Of a stretch of 64,000 nucleotides of DNA, positions 40,263 to 50,218 are shown in pieces (position 1 is the stretch's first letter; each line of letters begins with the position of its first letter). The position numbers and the translations under genes are program-made. Source of the stretch: a virus. Where the stretch lies: the IMG/VR virus record IMGVR_UViG_3300003323_000541, positions 35,902 through 99,901 of that record; one strand, given 5' to 3'. Below the pieces are notes generated by a model. That model saw only the letters and a program-made list of their open reading frames with translations, was not told the origin of the DNA and did no database searches.

Positions 40263-41408
40263 TTATTCGTACTTACTATACAAAAACGGATTACCTTCGA
40301 ATTCTTCTAATTTAGGTAATTCTTCAAAGAATCCAGTTTCACCATCCATAGCCATAGACAGATTTACACCTGTTTCTGTGTCTCTGGAGGCAAGAATATG
40401 GAGCGATCGATATCTTTTACCTAGCTTGGTGAGATCGTAGCCCAAATGGCTCTCTAAATGCGGGAAAAGGGTAGGATTGAACAATCCCAATACAAGGGAT
40501 GCATCCTCACCCATATTTCCAGTATCTTTGAAATCTTCCATTGTTGGCTGTAAATCCTCACCGCTAAACTTTAATCTATCGATTTTACCTAATCCTCTGT
40601 TAAACTGAGATACTACAATAGGAGTAAATCTACAGATATTACGAAAGAATACGAAGTATTCACTCATCTTATCTATATTTGCTTTCTTATCATATCCATT
40701 CTCTTTTCTCATTAAACCAACGTGATCAAGAATAATAATGGTATAGAGATTAGGATTATTTTCCTTATAGCCGATTATTCTTTGTTTTTCGACTTTCCTT
40801 CCATTATCATCCATAACCATGTATGGCTCATAGATAAATTGCCCATTCTGCTCAGCATACCTCATTAAATATTTATAGATTCCTGTAGGATTATCTTTCT
40901 CCTCAATAAAATCTATTCTACCTCTTCTTGTACACCGACCATATTGGTCATAAACTCCGAACAAATCTGATAATTCATTTTTGTAGATATCTTCAACTAA
41001 TGAAAGATGTTTAGGATCAAGTTTGTTTTCACCTCTGGAGAGAATGTAATTAGCTGAGCATTGTATTCCATGCTTTATTCTCATGAAGTAAGCACAGAAT
41101 TTAGCCATCTTAGCTAATCTATCAATCTCATATGAAAAATATATCCAATTAATTGGTCTATATTTATTTTCCATATAAGGGGATATAACATACCTGTAGT
41201 CGATAAATGCTGTTTTACCAGTTTTTTGCATAGCTCCTACTACCTCGTACCTAGCTTTTTGTATATTACATACAAATTGATCTAACCTAGGTAATCCTCC
41301 TCTGATTCCTTCGTTTTTACCCTCTAATCCATTGTTTACTTCTTCTAAGAAATCCTTCATCTTAAATACTCCTTTCTGATTGTTTCTTTTCTTTACCACC
41401 CTCACCAT
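40263..41408 (-). CDS. dnaB: Replicative DnaB-like helicase (start may be MKDFL at 41360)
   Basis: KTGKT Walker A, YFSYE, ILDH, SQFNR, DFKDTG..EDA motifs. Confidence 0.88.
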   Translation of the reverse strand: MVRVVKKRNNQKGVFKMKDFLEEVNNGLEGKNEGIRGGLPRLDQFVCNIQKARYEVVGAMQKTGKTAFIDYRYVISPYMENKYRPINWIYFSYEIDRLAKMAKFCAYFMRIKHGIQCSANYILSRGENKLDPKHLSLVEDIYKNELSDLFGVYDQYGRCTRRGRIDFIEEKDNPTGIYKYLMRYAEQNGQFIYEPYMVMDDNGRKVEKQRIIGYKENNPNLYTIIILDHVGLMRKENGYDKKANIDKMSEYFVFFRNICRFTPIVVSQFNRGLGKIDRLKFSGEDLQPTMEDFKDTGNMGEDASLVLGLFNPTLFPHLESHLGYDLTKLGKRYRSLHILASRDTETGVNLSMAMDGETGFFEELPKLEEFEGNPFLYSKYE

Positions 41409-41955
41409 TTAAGGCTGCTTCACAATAACCTGCAAGCACGGACGATCCATCTTTTTCGATGAAATATGGAGCTAATTTGATGTATTCATAATTCTTAGAT
41501 CTCAATTCATTAATATAATTCTTTGTGGCTTGAATTATTATTCCTTGGGTAAATTGTGGATAATTTGTCATAAACTTCTTTAACTTCTTTTCACAACCCT
41601 TAGGGTCTGTTTTGACATAATATCCTCCGGATTTAACACCTGCTGGAAATAAATTCATCCATTCTCCTACGAAGGAGCTAAACGACTTTTCATTTTCATT
41701 TGTTTCAGATTTAACATGATTTTTAAATTTATCGGTTACATATATCTTATTCAGATATGCTTCTCCCGAACTGTTGAAGTTTAATAGGAAGCCTCTCTCC
41801 ACTAAGCTCTCCAATCTTTCTGGATTAATTGATCCAAATTTACCTAAATAGTTTTTAATTCTACTTCGGTCATTTAAATAGATCAATTCCATAAAGATGA
41901 AGTCCTCAAAGGAGAGAGACTCCTTTAAACAAAAATCAATTACGTCTATTATCAT
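41362..41955 (-). CDS. Putative replication initiator/helicase loader-like protein
   Basis: wHTH-like N-terminus; FP..ATKNYI..YFIEK..S.LA C-terminus; directly upstream of the helicase. Confidence 0.5.
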   Translation of the reverse strand: MIIDVIDFCLKESLSFEDFIFMELIYLNDRSRIKNYLGKFGSINPERLESLVERGFLLNFNSSGEAYLNKIYVTDKFKNHVKSETNENEKSFSSFVGEWMNLFPAGVKSGGYYVKTDPKGCEKKLKKFMTNYPQFTQGIIIQATKNYINELRSKNYEYIKLAPYFIEKDGSSVLAGYCEAALNGEGGKEKKQSERSI

Positions 41956-42185
41956 AATACATTCTGATATATCAATTTAGAATCTTCTTCTTCTATTGAT
42001 ATAATATAGTCCTGGAGTATTTGATAAGCTTGATATTGATTGATATGAACATTGAATTTATCTTTCAGGATATCTACTATCTTTTCAAGATCAAAAGGAT
42101 CAAGATTATATTCTTTGATAGCAACATCTATATATATCCTTAAAGCTAATGGATTAATCCATCGGGACTTTGTCAAGCTCTGCAT
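41952..42185 (-). CDS. Hypothetical protein
   Basis: Overlapping start/stop coupling. Confidence 0.5.
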   Translation of the reverse strand: MQSLTKSRWINPLALRIYIDVAIKEYNLDPFDLEKIVDILKDKFNVHINQYQAYQILQDYIISIEEEDSKLIYQNVL

Positions 42186-43608
42186 GATAGTCGCAATAGC
42201 GTTTGATAAGTTTATTAAAGAACTCTGCGGTAAACGGTCCGTAAGTTACTTTATCCAACTTAATATTAGCTTCTTTTCTTCTGTTAGCCACATCTGATGC
42301 TTTCTTAAACTTACGATATCGGCTTACACTCCATAATGTGGGATCAAATTTATCGTGTTCAGCTTTATTTGAAGCTAATCTTATGGCTCTTTGTTTGTTA
42401 TCACTAAATTGATTCTCGATATACTTTTCAGTACCAATATTAGTTTCCACATATGCACATTTCTGCATGATCATGAACTCTGCTACATATCCAACTACAC
42501 CAACTTTCGATGGAGAAGAAGATAATATAACACGAACACACCATACAGGAACCGACTTATACTGCTTCCAATCAGCGTAATTAGTCGAAAGGAGTTCAAT
42601 AGCATCTCCTTTTTTTATGTTGCATACAGGTCTATCAGAATCAGTTAAGCTATCATAGAGGAACATTTGATCACCGGGAAGAATCCATACACTTCCTTGT
42701 TCAGGATAGATTATCTGTCCATTCTCTGATTTTGTAATATAATCAGAGAAGCCTGATACATTTCTATTCCCTATTCTGGAATTTAAACTGTTACTTTCAC
42801 GATTACCTCCTCTATTTTTCTTTCTGTTCTTTCTTAAGTACCTTTCATAGCGATTGTTCTCATCATTATCATCATCGGAATCACTATAAGAATCTTGAAA
42901 TATTTTACTTTTCCATTGTTCTTCGCTTAACAGATCTAGATCGGAATTATCACCAGATGGCCATCCATAATCCTTTCTTGTCCTGTCAGGTTTGTTAACA
43001 AAACATGCATTTGAAAAGTAATATTCATTGTACTTTTGCCATGTACCAAACAAAGATGTACCTTTATCAAAGGGGAACATCACTATCACTCTATTGGAAG
43101 CATTTACATCCTTCATTATCTTAATGAACAGGACTGTATCCTCAATCAATAAATTACGAAGGTGCTTTTGTGAGTAATATTGTCTTGCTACGTGGTATGT
43201 ATCAGAAAATGCAGAGTGTGTTACATTATAATGATATGAACCGAATACACCATTATGCATCATAACAGGATGATCACGGACAATCGCATCATTTTGGATC
43301 ACCTGATTATGATCATCAGCTAAGATAAAAGGATGTGAATTATCAGAGGTCACATCTCCGGATGTTCCCATACGAAGATGGACAGCAACCTCATCTGTTT
43401 CATTGATTTCCTTTTCTTTAAGATAACTGATCATTTCCTCAGGGGTGAATAATCCTTTATGAACAATTAATCCGGGAGAGCCATCAATTTCTCTTTTAAT
43501 AATAACGCCCATTCCATCATTATTGTTCTTGTAGGAATGAATTATATTATCATAAAAGACTTCTGAATCTACTTGTACGTTATGTGGTTTATATATTATT
43601 AAGCACAT
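42154..43608 (-). CDS. Class II (Ntn) glutamine amidotransferase with C-terminal extension
   Basis: N-terminal MC, N.DG.G, HLRMGTSG, HPF, HNG, SDT. Confidence 0.85.
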   Translation of the reverse strand: MCLIIYKPHNVQVDSEVFYDNIIHSYKNNNDGMGVIIKREIDGSPGLIVHKGLFTPEEMISYLKEKEINETDEVAVHLRMGTSGDVTSDNSHPFILADDHNQVIQNDAIVRDHPVMMHNGVFGSYHYNVTHSAFSDTYHVARQYYSQKHLRNLLIEDTVLFIKIMKDVNASNRVIVMFPFDKGTSLFGTWQKYNEYYFSNACFVNKPDRTRKDYGWPSGDNSDLDLLSEEQWKSKIFQDSYSDSDDDNDENNRYERYLRKNRKKNRGGNRESNSLNSRIGNRNVSGFSDYITKSENGQIIYPEQGSVWILPGDQMFLYDSLTDSDRPVCNIKKGDAIELLSTNYADWKQYKSVPVWCVRVILSSSPSKVGVVGYVAEFMIMQKCAYVETNIGTEKYIENQFSDNKQRAIRLASNKAEHDKFDPTLWSVSRYRKFKKASDVANRRKEANIKLDKVTYGPFTAEFFNKLIKRYCDYHAELDKVPMD

Positions 43609-43612
43609 TTAT

Positions 43613-45463
43613 TTAAATGGTTAAAAGATCTTTGAAACTGTTGGTGAACCTTCCTTTTCTATTTGCTTCTGAGGTATATTCTTTATCCTCAATCTGAGCA
43701 TTTACATCAGGATCTGCAGGCGAATATTTTTCTTTTTGAGAATTGATATAATTTATTAGTGAATCTCCTTTCCTTCTATAGGAGAAGCGAATTACATCTT
43801 CAATTGTAATCTTCTTTGAAAGAAGGATTTTAACTGAATTATTCTCAACATAGTTAACAAACGCCATACAGAAAAGAATCCAGTTCTTTATCTTGCGATA
43901 GTCCATGGTGGCCTGGTGATTCCTGAATTCTATTGTAAATGCTTTACTGATAGATTCCCTGAAGTTCTGTCCTTTTACTCCTGCAAAATAATGATTAGCA
44001 TTATTTCTTGCAAAGTTACATGGAACAAGATTCAACCATACATACCTTGCTTTAGGATATTGATGAGAGTGCGGAGCAAATTTATTATTATATTTGTTCA
44101 CATTAGCGTCTCCTCCTCTGGATGAACCATCTAAAAGCCATTGATAGATCTCTTCATAGATTTCATCAACAACATCTTTAAGAACATCCGGACTAAGATT
44201 GTTTTCAGTCAATCTCATCTTTTTAATCGAATGAAGTGTAGGAATCTTCCCACATGAGCTACTCATACCCTTGTTAAGATAGTACTCATTTCTTGTATTT
44301 AAACGAGATATAGGCATCATAGAGAATATCTCGTCCTGTAGTCTTAGACCAAGAACATAAGCTGCTACAGTGAAGGTTTTGTTAAACTTAGCACTTCCTA
44401 TGTGAACATGTAGACCACATTTATGATCTACGTTACATTGACGAGCTATATAACCACTTAATGTGGCTAACTGCTTAAATCCACCATCACCTCTTAGTAC
44501 CCCTGAGACATATTCCTTACCTGTAATGGACCCATCATGGCAAGATTTAGCATTTAAATTAAACAAGGCAAAGTCAGGAATATACCCGCTGCTTGTTTCA
44601 ATTTCAACACCAAAAGTATATGGAAGATTCTCCGATACATTGAAACTTCTAGGAGATGAACCAAGCTCAAAATTCCTGTTGATAGCAATCTTATTGGTTT
44701 CACTAAAGGGCACCTTACGAATTACATTCCACTGTGTTCCCTCTTTAGGACCATATCCATAATTCTCTTTAATATAAAGAGTTTCTATAGAGGGTAAAGC
44801 GTACACTCCTGCTTGATAATGATAAACCAATAGACCCTGTTCGCAATATCGCTCAAGGAGATTTATATCAAAGAAATAATCGACCTTTCCTCTCTTCAAA
44901 ATTACAGGTATACCGCTATTCTTTGAACAATAGACGAAGCTTATCTCCTTCTTTAGCTCAAAATCGTATTCAACGATGAGCTTTTTCAACAGTCCTATTG
45001 ACCTTTCATTGCCATCATTTTGGTCGATTTCTTTAGGTGAATTTACTGAATCGAACGCCTTATAGCGCATCTTATTACCTTCATTAACAGCAGGCTCAAA
45101 TTCACTTCCAGGGAAGGTTATGCGTATAGCATTTCCATCCGCGAATACCATCATATATGGATATCCTCCGTAAATTTCGTCTTGGTCAAAGTCTAAACTA
45201 ATCGGGTTACCATTATAATCCTTCTCCTGATTGAGAGCATCTGAAATAAAAAGACGCTCTGATATATCTGAATGAAAGGAAAAGATGGAGCTTGGAAGCG
45301 CCTTATTCTTAAAATGAACAAACTCCTTACCTGACTCATCAACCACAGATTGTTCAACAACAAATGGTCCAGGGGAGGGAAGATTATAAAAATCAACGAC
45401 ATCTGACCAATTCTCGATATATCTGTTAATTCTTATTATACTCCCTTCTTTGTATTTACTCAT
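43613..45463 (-). CDS. Putative amidoligase (GS/GCS-like COOH-NH2 ligase fold)
   Basis: TFGVEIE, DGSI..EYVS, CGLHVHIG, RY..LN, TIEFR. Confidence 0.85.
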   Translation of the reverse strand: MSKYKEGSIIRINRYIENWSDVVDFYNLPSPGPFVVEQSVVDESGKEFVHFKNKALPSSIFSFHSDISERLFISDALNQEKDYNGNPISLDFDQDEIYGGYPYMMVFADGNAIRITFPGSEFEPAVNEGNKMRYKAFDSVNSPKEIDQNDGNERSIGLLKKLIVEYDFELKKEISFVYCSKNSGIPVILKRGKVDYFFDINLLERYCEQGLLVYHYQAGVYALPSIETLYIKENYGYGPKEGTQWNVIRKVPFSETNKIAINRNFELGSSPRSFNVSENLPYTFGVEIETSSGYIPDFALFNLNAKSCHDGSITGKEYVSGVLRGDGGFKQLATLSGYIARQCNVDHKCGLHVHIGSAKFNKTFTVAAYVLGLRLQDEIFSMMPISRLNTRNEYYLNKGMSSSCGKIPTLHSIKKMRLTENNLSPDVLKDVVDEIYEEIYQWLLDGSSRGGDANVNKYNNKFAPHSHQYPKARYVWLNLVPCNFARNNANHYFAGVKGQNFRESISKAFTIEFRNHQATMDYRKIKNWILFCMAFVNYVENNSVKILLSKKITIEDVIRFSYRRKGDSLINYINSQKEKYSPADPDVNAQIEDKEYTSEANRKGRFTNSFKDLLTI

Positions 45464-47457
45464 ACTTTAGAAGTTGTATTAGATGTTTTAGTTTTTAATT
45501 CCGGAATACGAAGTTCGATAAAATCCGATACTTCGATAAAAAGCTTATTAAATAAATCCTGAACTTTCTTCTTACCACTAGGTGTATAAATTAAAGCAAG
45601 AGATTCATCATTAGCTTTTATCATTGTCCGCATTATATTTTCATATTCAGCAGAGGCAGAAGAAGAACCATCATCTCGATCTTCTAATACTTCATCCTCT
45701 TCTACTATTTCAACATGTATTTTCTCTCCATCTTCGGTGTGAATAACATGTGTATTTGAACCGGATTTATCCTCTGAAGAAAAGCTTACATACATGTTAG
45801 CCTTACTATTATCAACAGTAAATATTTGCTGAGGTTTTATAGTAGAGGGTATTTTATCTTCGTTATGCAATTTAGGCAGAAGATATAACTTATCACTAAA
45901 TAAATAGTAATTAGATACCACCCAAAATTCCATTCCAGCACCAGAGGAGAGTTTAACCTGTGTACCTTTATCGTGGACTATAGCATTAGCAACTAAGTCG
46001 TTAAAAATGATTTTAACATTTCTCTTACTTATATCACTAGTATGCATGTCCTTATGATAACTATCGATATTATCATATAACCAGTCAAAGGTCATGTAAA
46101 GCCATCCAGCTTCTTCCTGGTTGGTTGATCTTACATATTCTCTTGGTACACGATATCGGTAAATTATATTGGACTTCTCATCCTTATTATAAGCTTGCTG
46201 AATATCGATTATTCTGGTTACTATACAGGTATCAATATCCTGATAGGTTATAAGCACATATTCTCCTTTGGAAAAATACAATTCTCCTGTTACAAAGTCC
46301 TTGAAATCACGAGCAATTACAGCATCTTCCCAATTACTAATGGGAATATGACAATTGAACTTAGTTACGCTCATTTGCTCATAATTACCAGCTTCATTAC
46401 ACACAAGAATTTTATCTCCAGGTAATTGATCCAAGCCTTTGTTCACGAAGTAAAAAGTCCCCTTGATCCAAAGCTTTTTCATATTACCCCCAATATATTG
46501 GATTACATCCTGACCGGAGTATTCTAACCAACATCTTGATGGATATTTCTGCTTAAGATCTAACTGTTTACTAGCAGGGGTACTACCTGAATCTGAAATT
46601 GTGGAAATAGCAGGTGGGGTCATAGGAGATATGGTTTCCTGCTTATTATGCTCGCTGAAAAGCTCAGGTTGTCTTTTTGTAACACCAATCGTATGACTAC
46701 TTGAAGCAGAAGAAACTCCATAATGTCTTTCGTAGTATTCTTCTATAGACTCTGCATCATTATAGGCATATGCAGAAGAATTATATACTTTCATCTTAAC
46801 ATGAATAGGATTCATCTGTACATGACCATTCTGAATGGTATAGAAGTAATCATCAACGAATTCCTTGATATTACTACAACCTATTGCTTCTAGTCCTTCT
46901 CTGACTGAAGATATATAAATACCCTCTTCAGATTTACCACGAAACAGAGGTCTTTCTTTATGCTTATATACATAGAGATTTGATGGTGTCTCCTTATTTA
47001 CTGCAAGGATATTCGCGACACCTGAAAGCATGGGGATAACTGTTTTAGCTTTTTTGTATTTAGCAAAAAGCTTCCCTATAATCTCACTATCAACGTTTAT
47101 CTTTGAATATTGGATATTATCATCCTTTTCATCTCTACATATTTCCCATACATTATCTATCTTCCCGTTGTGAGCAAACACAAGATTACCCTCCTCAAAA
47201 GGATGAGCATTCTCTTTAGTTTTAGCCCCAGTTGTAGCTGCTCGGGTGTGTCCGATAAATATGGAATCCGGAATCAAAGAAAGAGTTGGAAGCATCTTAA
47301 CAGCTACTTTACCAGCTTCTTTTATTAATCCATTATTTGGTGTCCACAAACCAGAGGAATCTGTTCCCCGGTCTTGGTTATAAATCATTAAAAGCTTTAA
47401 TTTATAAGGATCATATACCTTATCCTTAAAGCAACTGACTCCTATTAGTCCACACAT
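45460..47457 (-). CDS. Class II (Ntn) glutamine amidotransferase with long C-terminal extension
   Basis: MCGLIG, RGTDSSG, GHTRAAT, NAHPF, HNG, VDSE, RPL. Confidence 0.88.
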   Translation of the reverse strand: MCGLIGVSCFKDKVYDPYKLKLLMIYNQDRGTDSSGLWTPNNGLIKEAGKVAVKMLPTLSLIPDSIFIGHTRAATTGAKTKENAHPFEEGNLVFAHNGKIDNVWEICRDEKDDNIQYSKINVDSEIIGKLFAKYKKAKTVIPMLSGVANILAVNKETPSNLYVYKHKERPLFRGKSEEGIYISSVREGLEAIGCSNIKEFVDDYFYTIQNGHVQMNPIHVKMKVYNSSAYAYNDAESIEEYYERHYGVSSASSSHTIGVTKRQPELFSEHNKQETISPMTPPAISTISDSGSTPASKQLDLKQKYPSRCWLEYSGQDVIQYIGGNMKKLWIKGTFYFVNKGLDQLPGDKILVCNEAGNYEQMSVTKFNCHIPISNWEDAVIARDFKDFVTGELYFSKGEYVLITYQDIDTCIVTRIIDIQQAYNKDEKSNIIYRYRVPREYVRSTNQEEAGWLYMTFDWLYDNIDSYHKDMHTSDISKRNVKIIFNDLVANAIVHDKGTQVKLSSGAGMEFWVVSNYYLFSDKLYLLPKLHNEDKIPSTIKPQQIFTVDNSKANMYVSFSSEDKSGSNTHVIHTEDGEKIHVEIVEEDEVLEDRDDGSSSASAEYENIMRTMIKANDESLALIYTPSGKKKVQDLFNKLFIEVSDFIELRIPELKTKTSNTTSKV

Positions 47458-47882
47458 TCGATTTGTGGTTTAATTGTTTGTTTTATTTTGTCTAATTTTG
47501 GATCATTCCAATCCCCCGATAATACTAAGGACAGTGGATCAATCTCTTTTCCATACACCCAAAATGCCCCACAATACCTTTCAGAGGTCACATAAATGGG
47601 ATCAAATCCAAGTAATTGCATAAAGAAATTAAGCTCACTGTATACGTCCTTATCCATCTCCAGAACATCCACGATAATTGTATCGTTGTAGGAATTTGTT
47701 TGGACACATTGAGAATATGCACCATTATGAAACATGAGGAATCCTCTTATAGTGTAGTCGTTATCAACTACTTTGACAAACTCATCATATTTCTGCTTCA
47801 ATTCAAGATAATGCTCTTGGTTATATCGAAACAAACTATCTACAAAGACAAGAATCGTCTGTTGCTTATCTAAGTCCCTCAT
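47445..47882 (-). CDS. Hypothetical protein in ligase cluster
   Basis: Overlaps both neighbours, coupled within the operon. Confidence 0.55.
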   Translation of the reverse strand: MRDLDKQQTILVFVDSLFRYNQEHYLELKQKYDEFVKVVDNDYTIRGFLMFHNGAYSQCVQTNSYNDTIIVDVLEMDKDVYSELNFFMQLLGFDPIYVTSERYCGAFWVYGKEIDPLSLVLSGDWNDPKLDKIKQTIKPQIECVD

Positions 47883-48720
47883 ATTTTCTCATGAGCATTT
47901 TAGGTATTTCCTGGATATATCTCTGAGCAGTAACTTCACCAAAAGAAGGAGCAGAGTTTACCTCAACCACTATGAATTCAGGATTCTCTCTCTTTCTTCC
48001 ATGTCCATCAACACTGCTTTGTACCCTTAAATCAACAGCACAAAAATCCAATCCCACTGATGAGCAAGCCTTTACACATTCTGAAACTATCTGTTCCCAG
48101 TTTACAGGTTTGTCAAAAGAAGCATTATCTTCCAATATCCATACACAGGTACTATCATTTCTGATAAATCTCTTATCCTCCGGTGTATCTCTTTGAAGCA
48201 TCTTCCTACATGTATAGAAGCATCCCTCAGAGTTAACATGCAAACGATATTCACGATTGTATGAATAGTATTTCTCGAATATATAATTGGAAGTAGTCTT
48301 ACCAGCTAACCAATTATCGAATTCCTGCTTTGAATTAAGTAATGATAGTCCTCTACCTCTTGAACCAAAGCGGTTCTTAGCTACTATAGGGAAGGGTAAT
48401 TCACTAATATTAATAAGCTCTTCGGTGATTCCATTCTTCATTTGATCATTCCCGGAGAAAGTCCACCAAAGGGCCGTTTTAACGTTAGCTCCAAAGCATT
48501 TCTTCATTCGAAGCTTATCCGAACTATTCTTTACTGCTTCTGGACTATTAAGCTCAATTCGTCCGTCATTAATTTCTGTAGTTGAACCAAGACGAACCAC
48601 ACTTCTAAAAGGCATTCTTTGCAGAGCCCCTCTTAGGATATTATGCGATGGATGCCGGCTTCTTATTTGAGGTCTGAACCTTGTCGAGACTTTTTTTAAT
48701 ATTTTCAATTGAGTTACCAT
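47866..48720 (-). CDS. ATP-grasp ligase (RimK-like)
   Basis: NSSDK, FPIVAK..GSRGRG, EYRLHV, LDFCAVD, EVNSAPS. Confidence 0.85.
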   Translation of the reverse strand: MVTQLKILKKVSTRFRPQIRSRHPSHNILRGALQRMPFRSVVRLGSTTEINDGRIELNSPEAVKNSSDKLRMKKCFGANVKTALWWTFSGNDQMKNGITEELINISELPFPIVAKNRFGSRGRGLSLLNSKQEFDNWLAGKTTSNYIFEKYYSYNREYRLHVNSEGCFYTCRKMLQRDTPEDKRFIRNDSTCVWILEDNASFDKPVNWEQIVSECVKACSSVGLDFCAVDLRVQSSVDGHGRKRENPEFIVVEVNSAPSFGEVTAQRYIQEIPKMLMRKYEGLR

Positions 48721-49450
48721 GTTGATTAAAATATGATACTATACCTGAGTTACCATGAAGATTTTCCCATTGAAAAGGACTTTTTTTTTCTGAGGGATCT
48801 TCTTCAAGATATTCTTTCCATGTTTGAGAAATGTCTCCTCCATTGATTAAATAAATATAGAAAGGGACATGCTCTTTTCGCATTGATTTATATATATCTT
48901 CAGAACTACATACTGTTTTACTGTCTAAATTAGTAAATGAATTGAGATAACTCTCAATATCATCCTTACAGTTATAGTTCATACCTATGCGAATAAGTAA
49001 GCCATAGAAGCTAACGAAAACAGGTTTATCTAACCATTTAATATCTGATTTAAACACAACACCTTTTGGTCCTTTTTCTGTACATTTAGCACGTATAGCC
49101 TCTGTTCTTTGAAAGCCTCTGCTATCCTCAAATTTATGCAATAATGAAAGAACTCCATTAAGCATTTCATCTGATATACTATAGTTACATGCTGGTCTTT
49201 CCACAACAGCAAGGTTGAATGTATCACCTACGAATAAAAGATTTGTCTTCTCACTTGTAAATCCGTAGATAGTACGTGAAATCCCATCAATCTCTGTTGC
49301 TACAAATTCTTGAAGATAGTCTTTACATATTATAGGAACATGTAATCCTTGATAATGCTGAGAAAGCATACACATCTGTATCTTCGGAGACAGAGTTTGA
49401 ACTAAACCTGAAGTCTTACTAAAATCTAAATTAATTTCTACTTCTTCCAT
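48641..49450 (-). CDS. Hypothetical protein in ligase cluster
   Basis: 269 aa with CKDYLQE and HGNSGI motifs. Confidence 0.6.
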   Translation of the reverse strand: MEEVEINLDFSKTSGLVQTLSPKIQMCMLSQHYQGLHVPIICKDYLQEFVATEIDGISRTIYGFTSEKTNLLFVGDTFNLAVVERPACNYSISDEMLNGVLSLLHKFEDSRGFQRTEAIRAKCTEKGPKGVVFKSDIKWLDKPVFVSFYGLLIRIGMNYNCKDDIESYLNSFTNLDSKTVCSSEDIYKSMRKEHVPFYIYLINGGDISQTWKEYLEEDPSEKKSPFQWENLHGNSGIVSYFNQHGNSIENIKKSLDKVQTSNKKPASIA

Positions 49451-49452
49451 AA

Positions 49453-50202
49453 TTAAATATCAAACATTTCACTTGCTAACGCATCAAAGAACCCACATTC
49501 GAATTCTTCAGGATGAAATTGAGCAAGTAGGATATTATTCTGTTCATTTTTCATTAGTTCAACACACACAGGAACATCTTCCAATGCATCTATTGCTGAA
49601 CTATTCTTTCTTTTCTGGAACCACGTCTTTGTCTGAATATTCTCATTAGATAAAGAAGGACATCCAGTGTAGACTCTACTCCAACCAAGGACAGTAAATC
49701 CAGGAGCAACATCTTTAACAGCCTGATGATGGTAAGAATTGATCTTTACACTCGCCGCATTTGATTTCATTGCCTGATTACTATATATAGTTTGCATCTC
49801 TTGGGAAGTACTTCCTCTTGATAATTTAGGATCTTGTATATGACCTGCAACATGCTGGTATAAGCTACCACCTAATAAAACATTGATAACTTGCATACCT
49901 CTGCAGATACCAATAGTAGGCTTCTGATCTTCGAGCCAAGCTTTCAACAAGTTATTATCAAGATATTCATAGAAAGGATTAGCTCTTCCATTAAACACAG
50001 AAGGAATATCCCCTGTGATAGAGGGAGAAACGTCTAATCCTCCGGGAACAAGCAGGATATCAATTTGATCTTTAACCTTATTAAGATCATCCCATGGGGT
50101 AATTAACCTAACATGAGCCCTTCTGCTTATCCAGTCAATATATGCTGCATTTTGGGTTATCTTACCCTCAAAGCTATCAGCATAAACACCAATTGTTTTC
50201 AT
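49453..50202 (-). CDS. Class I glutamine amidotransferase / peptidase C26
   Basis: PGG.DV.P, GICRGMQ, NSYHHQ, QFHPE triad. Confidence 0.88.
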   Translation of the reverse strand: MKTIGVYADSFEGKITQNAAYIDWISRRAHVRLITPWDDLNKVKDQIDILLVPGGLDVSPSITGDIPSVFNGRANPFYEYLDNNLLKAWLEDQKPTIGICRGMQVINVLLGGSLYQHVAGHIQDPKLSRGSTSQEMQTIYSNQAMKSNAASVKINSYHHQAVKDVAPGFTVLGWSRVYTGCPSLSNENIQTKTWFQKRKNSSAIDALEDVPVCVELMKNEQNNILLAQFHPEEFECGFFDALASEMFDI

Positions 50203-50218
50203 TTAATTCTTTTATAGG

